Part shown: piece by piece, positions 60,424 to 64,000 of the stretch
Layout: every line of letters begins with the position of its first letter
Numbering within the stretch: position 1 is the stretch's first letter
From: a virus
Direction: 5' to 3' (one strand)
Virus record (IMG/VR): IMGVR_UViG_3300033508_000321
Length of the DNA stretch: 64,000 nt
The notes under the pieces: generated by a model
Told to the model about the DNA's origin: nothing
Databases searched by the model: none
Seen by the model: the letters and a program-made list of their open reading frames with translations, nothing else
Made by a program: the position numbers and the translations under genes

Positions 60424-60848
60424 ATGATGCAATGTTTAGCAGTAAGAGGCATGACTACGAAACACCGTTGGATTTTTTCGCTTTGCTCAATGAGCAGTAC
60501 TTCTTCGATTTGGATGTGTGTGCAAGCAGTGCAAATACCAAGTGCTCGAATTTCTTTTCGGTAGATGATAACGGTCTGGAAAAAGAATGGTACGGAACGT
60601 GTTGGATGAATCCACCCTATGGTCGTGAAATCGGGAAATGGGTAGCAAAAGCGGCAAGCGAAGCCGAGAAAGGAATTACCATTGTAGCGTTGCTACCTGC
60701 CAGACCAGACACGAAATGGTTTCACCAACACATCTACGGTAAACACGAAATACAGTTTATCAAAGGGCGTCTAAAATTTGTTGGTGCCCCTAGCTCAGCC
60801 CCGTTTCCTTCAATGCTCGTAATATTTCGCAAAGAATGGAAGCAGTAA
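60420..60848 (+). CDS. Phage-type N6-adenine DNA methyltransferase (Dam-like small family)
   Basis: 'YETPLDFF', 'DVCAS', 'WMNPPYGREIGKWVAKA' (NPPY), 'LLPARPDTKWFH'. Confidence 0.8.
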   Translation: MNDAMFSSKRHDYETPLDFFALLNEQYFFDLDVCASSANTKCSNFFSVDDNGLEKEWYGTCWMNPPYGREIGKWVAKAASEAEKGITIVALLPARPDTKWFHQHIYGKHEIQFIKGRLKFVGAPSSAPFPSMLVIFRKEWKQ

Positions 60849-60925
60849 TAACCGCCTGTATACTGGGCACGATTTTTATAGTTTGTTTAATTGATTATAC
60901 GTTATTAGATGAAAAAGACGATTGA
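60836..60925 (+). CDS. 29-aa membrane peptide candidate (not in the ORF track)
   Basis: 'MEAVITACILGTIFIVCLIDYTLLDEKDD', hand translated. It overlaps both neighbours. Confidence 0.3.
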   Translation: MEAVITACILGTIFIVCLIDYTLLDEKDD

Positions 60926-61118
60926 ATCAGATTTGCCGGTACACGATAAAATACGCATAGCGCACGTGCATGGTATTCGAGAATTTAAACTCATAGCAAA
61001 AAACACGCAGGAAATTGCATCTGCAAAAAACATAGCAAGTCAGCTACGCTACAAAGTAAAAGAGAGCCGAAATTGGTTTACCGGCGTGGTTACATTAAAA
61101 TTCAAATGGACGTTATGA
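60909..61118 (+). CDS. Hypothetical protein
   Basis: 69 aa with an ATG start. Confidence 0.45.
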   Translation: MKKTIESDLPVHDKIRIAHVHGIREFKLIAKNTQEIASAKNIASQLRYKVKESRNWFTGVVTLKFKWTL

Positions 61119-61354
61119 GTGATCTGAATGCACTAAAAGAGGGTAAGCTATTACAAGTAATAAACAAAGTTTGGCGTTTCCCTGATTGTGAGGAATCCTA
61201 CAAGCAGCGTATTGAACGTGGTAAAATAGTGGATGTAGAAATAATTTCCGGTAAACATTGCGCTGTAGAAGATACAGGCGACCTATGGAAAATATCAAAG
61301 ACGATTTACGAGTACTTTAAAAACTTAAAGAATCACGTGGAAAATACTGAATAA
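61100..61354 (+). CDS. Hypothetical protein
   Basis: 84 aa from ATG 61100 (the track start at 61073 is non-ATG). Confidence 0.45.
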   Translation: MQMDVMSDLNALKEGKLLQVINKVWRFPDCEESYKQRIERGKIVDVEIISGKHCAVEDTGDLWKISKTIYEYFKNLKNHVENTE

Positions 61355-61400
61355 ATTATTCGACTGGGATTACGTAGCAGTAACAGGTATTTTCAAGGGT

Positions 61401-61667
61401 GTGTACCGGGTAAGAACCCTACCAAGTGGGGTAGTAGTATACGAAGGTAGTGCATACACACCAATAGAAAACTGGGCAGAAGTTCTTTGGCTTACTTGCA
61501 CACAGGAAAAGTATGGTTTTGTGAGATGCGGAATACCGGACATACAAAACCCGATAACGTCAGAGCACGCTGTATGCAAATACATACCCGGTACATCTTC
61601 AATCATGGATGTAGCGGTTGAATGGTTCGAGTCACGTTATCCCGGACAATTCAGAAAAACATCATGA
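61401..61667 (+). CDS. Hypothetical protein (start uncertain)
   Basis: GTG 61401 is the first canonical start, but the frame is open and protein-like from 61329. Confidence 0.45.
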   Translation: MYRVRTLPSGVVVYEGSAYTPIENWAEVLWLTCTQEKYGFVRCGIPDIQNPITSEHAVCKYIPGTSSIMDVAVEWFESRYPGQFRKTS

Positions 61668-61909
61668 AAATAATAGAGATTAAAGGCGGCAAAATAATAT
61701 CAGATGGGAGACTTTGGTCAAAAGTTAGGAGAAACTTTGACTTAGGTAACCAAATACTAGACGTGTTGTACTATACTAACAAGGCATTCGAGCCCGTCAG
61801 CATTATTGTAAGTGGTAAAGATGAAACTGAGCAATTTGTCTTTGAAGTACGCCAAAAGTACGAAAATACTAACCTGAGTTACTTACTCAATTACTGTGGT
61901 ATTAAATGA
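61664..61909 (+). CDS. Hypothetical protein
   Basis: 81 aa from ATG 61664 (ATGA overlap). The track start at 61622 is non-ATG. Confidence 0.45.
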   Translation: MKIIEIKGGKIISDGRLWSKVRRNFDLGNQILDVLYYTNKAFEPVSIIVSGKDETEQFVFEVRQKYENTNLSYLLNYCGIK

Positions 61910-62697
61910 AAACATTACACTACAAAAACTACACGATGGTAATAGGTGAGCCAGAATGGCCACACTGTTATGTGGATGTTATAAAAAGCGATGGCAGAGG
62001 TAACGTTCAAACTCGTAAGATAGATGAACCGATTTATCCGGTATCCTACCAACATAGAGAAAAGAACATTTCATCAGGTCTTACCGTTGCTATTCCAGTG
62101 AGCAAGTATGCTGAGAAAATACCTGTTTTATTTGCCGAATTTAAAGCCTTGGTAGAAACCAGAAGAACGGAAAGACTCGAAAGGGTTGTAGAAAAACGCA
62201 AAGAACTGGCAATCGGTAGAACATACCCTAGGTTAACACATTTCGAGTTTAAAAACGTAACGGTACACATCATAGAAGATTTTCGTGGTAAGATGTGGGA
62301 TGTAAAAGAACCTTATTTGGGTAAGTCCTACCAGCTATTTTTCAATAAGCGTAGATTGTACCCACACATTAACGAACCAGTAGAACACGAACTTTCCGCC
62401 GATTTTATCCTAGGTGCTTTGCACCCGGGTAGATTAGAAGATTACGGACACGTGTACCAAGATTTTTTGGGTGAGAGAAAACCTTACAGCGAAACAACAT
62501 ACAAAGAAGCTATAAACCTGCTACCCATGTACGAGTTTCTAGGGTATGAAGTAAAATTTCGTGGTGAGGTATTAAAAATACTGGACTTAAATTTTAAGTT
62601 CGGTGTGCGTGATTACCTCGAGTACGAGGTGTTAGGGGAACTAGATACCTGGGGTATGTTTACAGCATTACAAAACAAATTAAAATACTTATCATGA
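61906..62697 (+). CDS. Hypothetical protein
   Basis: 263 aa. ATGA overlap. Confidence 0.6.
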   Translation: MKTLHYKNYTMVIGEPEWPHCYVDVIKSDGRGNVQTRKIDEPIYPVSYQHREKNISSGLTVAIPVSKYAEKIPVLFAEFKALVETRRTERLERVVEKRKELAIGRTYPRLTHFEFKNVTVHIIEDFRGKMWDVKEPYLGKSYQLFFNKRRLYPHINEPVEHELSADFILGALHPGRLEDYGHVYQDFLGERKPYSETTYKEAINLLPMYEFLGYEVKFRGEVLKILDLNFKFGVRDYLEYEVLGELDTWGMFTALQNKLKYLS

Positions 62698-63023
62698 AGG
62701 AGTTTATTATTTGTGCCGCAAATTATTATAATGACGGCAAAGTTTACGAACAGCAGCCAAAAAATATAGAAATTGGTTTTGTTGTTTGTGGTAGAGGACA
62801 CCATAATTGTATTTTTGTTTTTGCGCAAATTGCCGGATTTCCCTACAACGAATTTTGGCAAAATGTAAGCAATAATGAAATTCAAGGTTTTATTACTAAT
62901 ACAAACCGGTTCGTAAACCGAAAAGAGGCGTATCATATTGCCTACAGTGCTGATCAAATTACCGGACCAACTAAAGGTTGTCCCACGAATAACATAGGAT
63001 TAACAAGTGAAGATTTATACTAA
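62694..63023 (+). CDS. Hypothetical protein
   Basis: 109 aa. ATGA overlap. Confidence 0.55.
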   Translation: MKEFIICAANYYNDGKVYEQQPKNIEIGFVVCGRGHHNCIFVFAQIAGFPYNEFWQNVSNNEIQGFITNTNRFVNRKEAYHIAYSADQITGPTKGCPTNNIGLTSEDLY

Positions 63024-63035
63024 AACGCATAAAAA

Positions 63036-63287
63036 ATGAAAGAAGAACAAACAGCAGATGCTTACGTACAACATGTATTTTCCGTAGCTGAGAAAATGCA
63101 CAACGCAATACTGAGTAACCAAGCGTATTTAGACCACATAGAAGGTGAAATTCGTAAACAGGTAAAAGACCCGGAAGCCCGCACAAAATTTTTCTACCAA
63201 ACGGTAGCAGAAGAAGCATGGCGACACGCAAATGCTTTCGTGGGTGTATCAAAAAACCTAAAAGAATTAGGACTATGGAAACCATAA
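63036..63287 (+). CDS. Hypothetical protein
   Basis: 83 aa with an ATG start. Confidence 0.5.
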   Translation: MKEEQTADAYVQHVFSVAEKMHNAILSNQAYLDHIEGEIRKQVKDPEARTKFFYQTVAEEAWRHANAFVGVSKNLKELGLWKP

Positions 63288-63493
63288 TAGTACCGGGTGG
63301 TACAATCACTTTAGGCAATAGCGATTTTAAATGCCCTAAATGCGATTTTTTGCATACTGAAAAGGATTACTACAAGCAACTAGACAAAAGCAAGTCTGGT
63401 GTAATAAAAAAGCTGTGTAAAAGTTGTAAAACGTGGTTAGGCATTACCGTGGATATGCAAAGCGATGTGCGAGTCTGGTTACACACGAAATGA
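63275..63493 (+). CDS. Small zinc-ribbon protein
   Basis: 72 aa from ATG 63275. 'CPKCDF' and 'CKSCKTW' form two CxxC pairs. Confidence 0.5.
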   Translation: METIIVPGGTITLGNSDFKCPKCDFLHTEKDYYKQLDKSKSGVIKKLCKSCKTWLGITVDMQSDVRVWLHTK

Positions 63494-63499
63494 AGTTTT

Positions 63500-63534
63500 A
63501 AAAGCTATTTAGTAAATGAGTAGCTTTTTTATTT
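63500..63534 (+). terminator. Hairpin terminator ending the early/middle block
   Basis: AAAAGCTA-(13 nt)-TAGCTTTT followed by a T-rich run. Confidence 0.55.
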
Positions 63535-63535
63535 C

Positions 63536-63543
63536 TATATTTG
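63536..63543 (+). promoter_or_regulatory. TAnnTTTG box upstream of the large terminase gene
   Basis: TATATTTG, 17 nt before ATG 63561. Confidence 0.45.
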
Positions 63544-63560
63544 CGGTAAATACCCGTTGT

Positions 63561-64000
63561 ATGCTCACTTCACCGCAATATTATTTCACCTCTACCGTAC
63601 GTCCGATTAACTTATTCATGGCAGGTTATGGCTCAGGAAAAACCCGAAGCATGGGTGATCTTAGTTTGTATTTCATTTCTAATTTTCCAGAAATTATTGG
63701 ACTCATTGCCGCAAATACTTTTTCGCAGTTAACACGTTCAACGTTATTCCGGGTTTATCAGGTATGGGAAGAAAATGGTGTTGGTGAGTACAGCGAAAAC
63801 AACCCAAAGGGTCAGTACGTAATGGGTAAGATTCCGCCCCGGCATTTTAAGCGTTCGAAATATCGCTTGGATGATTATTCGAATGTAATAAGTTTCATTA
63901 ACGGTGCTATAGTTTTCAAAGGTACACTGGAAAATTACAAGGCGTTGGATGGTATGGAGGTCGGGTGGGCTATGTTGGATGAAACGAAAGATACGAGAAG
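63561..64000 (+). CDS. terL: Terminase large subunit (N-terminal ATPase part; 3' end runs off the window)
   Basis: ATG 63561 with no stop before the window end. Walker A 'FMAGYGSGKTRS'. Walker B-like 'WAMLDETKD'. It is absent from the ORF track because it is open-ended. Confidence 0.8.
   Translation, partial: MLTSPQYYFTSTVRPINLFMAGYGSGKTRSMGDLSLYFISNFPEIIGLIAANTFSQLTRSTLFRVYQVWEENGVGEYSENNPKGQYVMGKIPPRHFKRSKYRLDDYSNVISFINGAIVFKGTLENYKALDGMEVGWAMLDETKDTR

Noticed and set aside
1-64000. Individual TAnnTTTG hits as proof of promoters or of host phylum
   Set aside because: With six specified bases in AT-rich DNA, I estimate the motif occurs by chance roughly once every 2 kb per strand. Only its consistent placement 17-50 nt upstream of start codons in intergenic gaps is meaningful. 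The host assignment stays a hypothesis.

Overview
The window is most of a tailed dsDNA phage genome, about 40% GC by eye. About 100 tightly packed genes lie on the + strand, many joined by ATGA or TAATG stop/start overlaps, and one convincing gene lies on the - strand.

Layout:
- 1-21834: virion morphogenesis. It has a Mu-like head set (DUF935-type portal, MuF, gpG-like protein, ClpP-type protease-scaffold, capsid) and a contractile-tail set (sheath, tube, chaperone pair with an A9 frameshift, TP901-type tape measure, hub/spike/wedge proteins, beta-helix fibre).
- 22044-22227: a tRNA(CAU) transcription unit.
- 22259-63493: early/middle genes. These include an SF2 helicase, YopX, dUTPase, a DnaB-like helicase, a DnaG-like primase, a gp32-like SSB, family A DNA polymerase, a RecA-like recombinase, two small PD-(D/E)xK nucleases, a Cas4-like nuclease and an AAA+/vWA pair. 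They also include a SNF2 / ParB / glycosyltransferase / PAPS-reductase island, three DNA methyltransferase-like genes, ThyX and a secreted lysozyme.
- 63561-64000: 5' part of the large terminase.

Exact TAnnTTTG boxes sit 17-50 nt upstream of start codons in most sizeable intergenic gaps. This suggests a Bacteroidota-type host, but that is inference only. I saw no integrase, transposase, CRISPR array or rRNA.

Most interesting observations:
1. Three collinear 149-bp non-coding cassettes. Each drives one orphan gene that is closed by an identical GGGGCGAAAGCCCC hairpin.
2. A genome-wide set of TTAACAA half-site pairs with exact 11-bp phasing.
3. A MuF head protein fused to an ADP-ribosyltransferase toxin domain.
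4. A T12 tract that splits a large virion gene.
5. A tandem array of small paralogues with a conserved nested stop/start junction.
6. A candidate DNA- or glycan-modification island.

All family assignments come from motifs read by eye. No database search was run.
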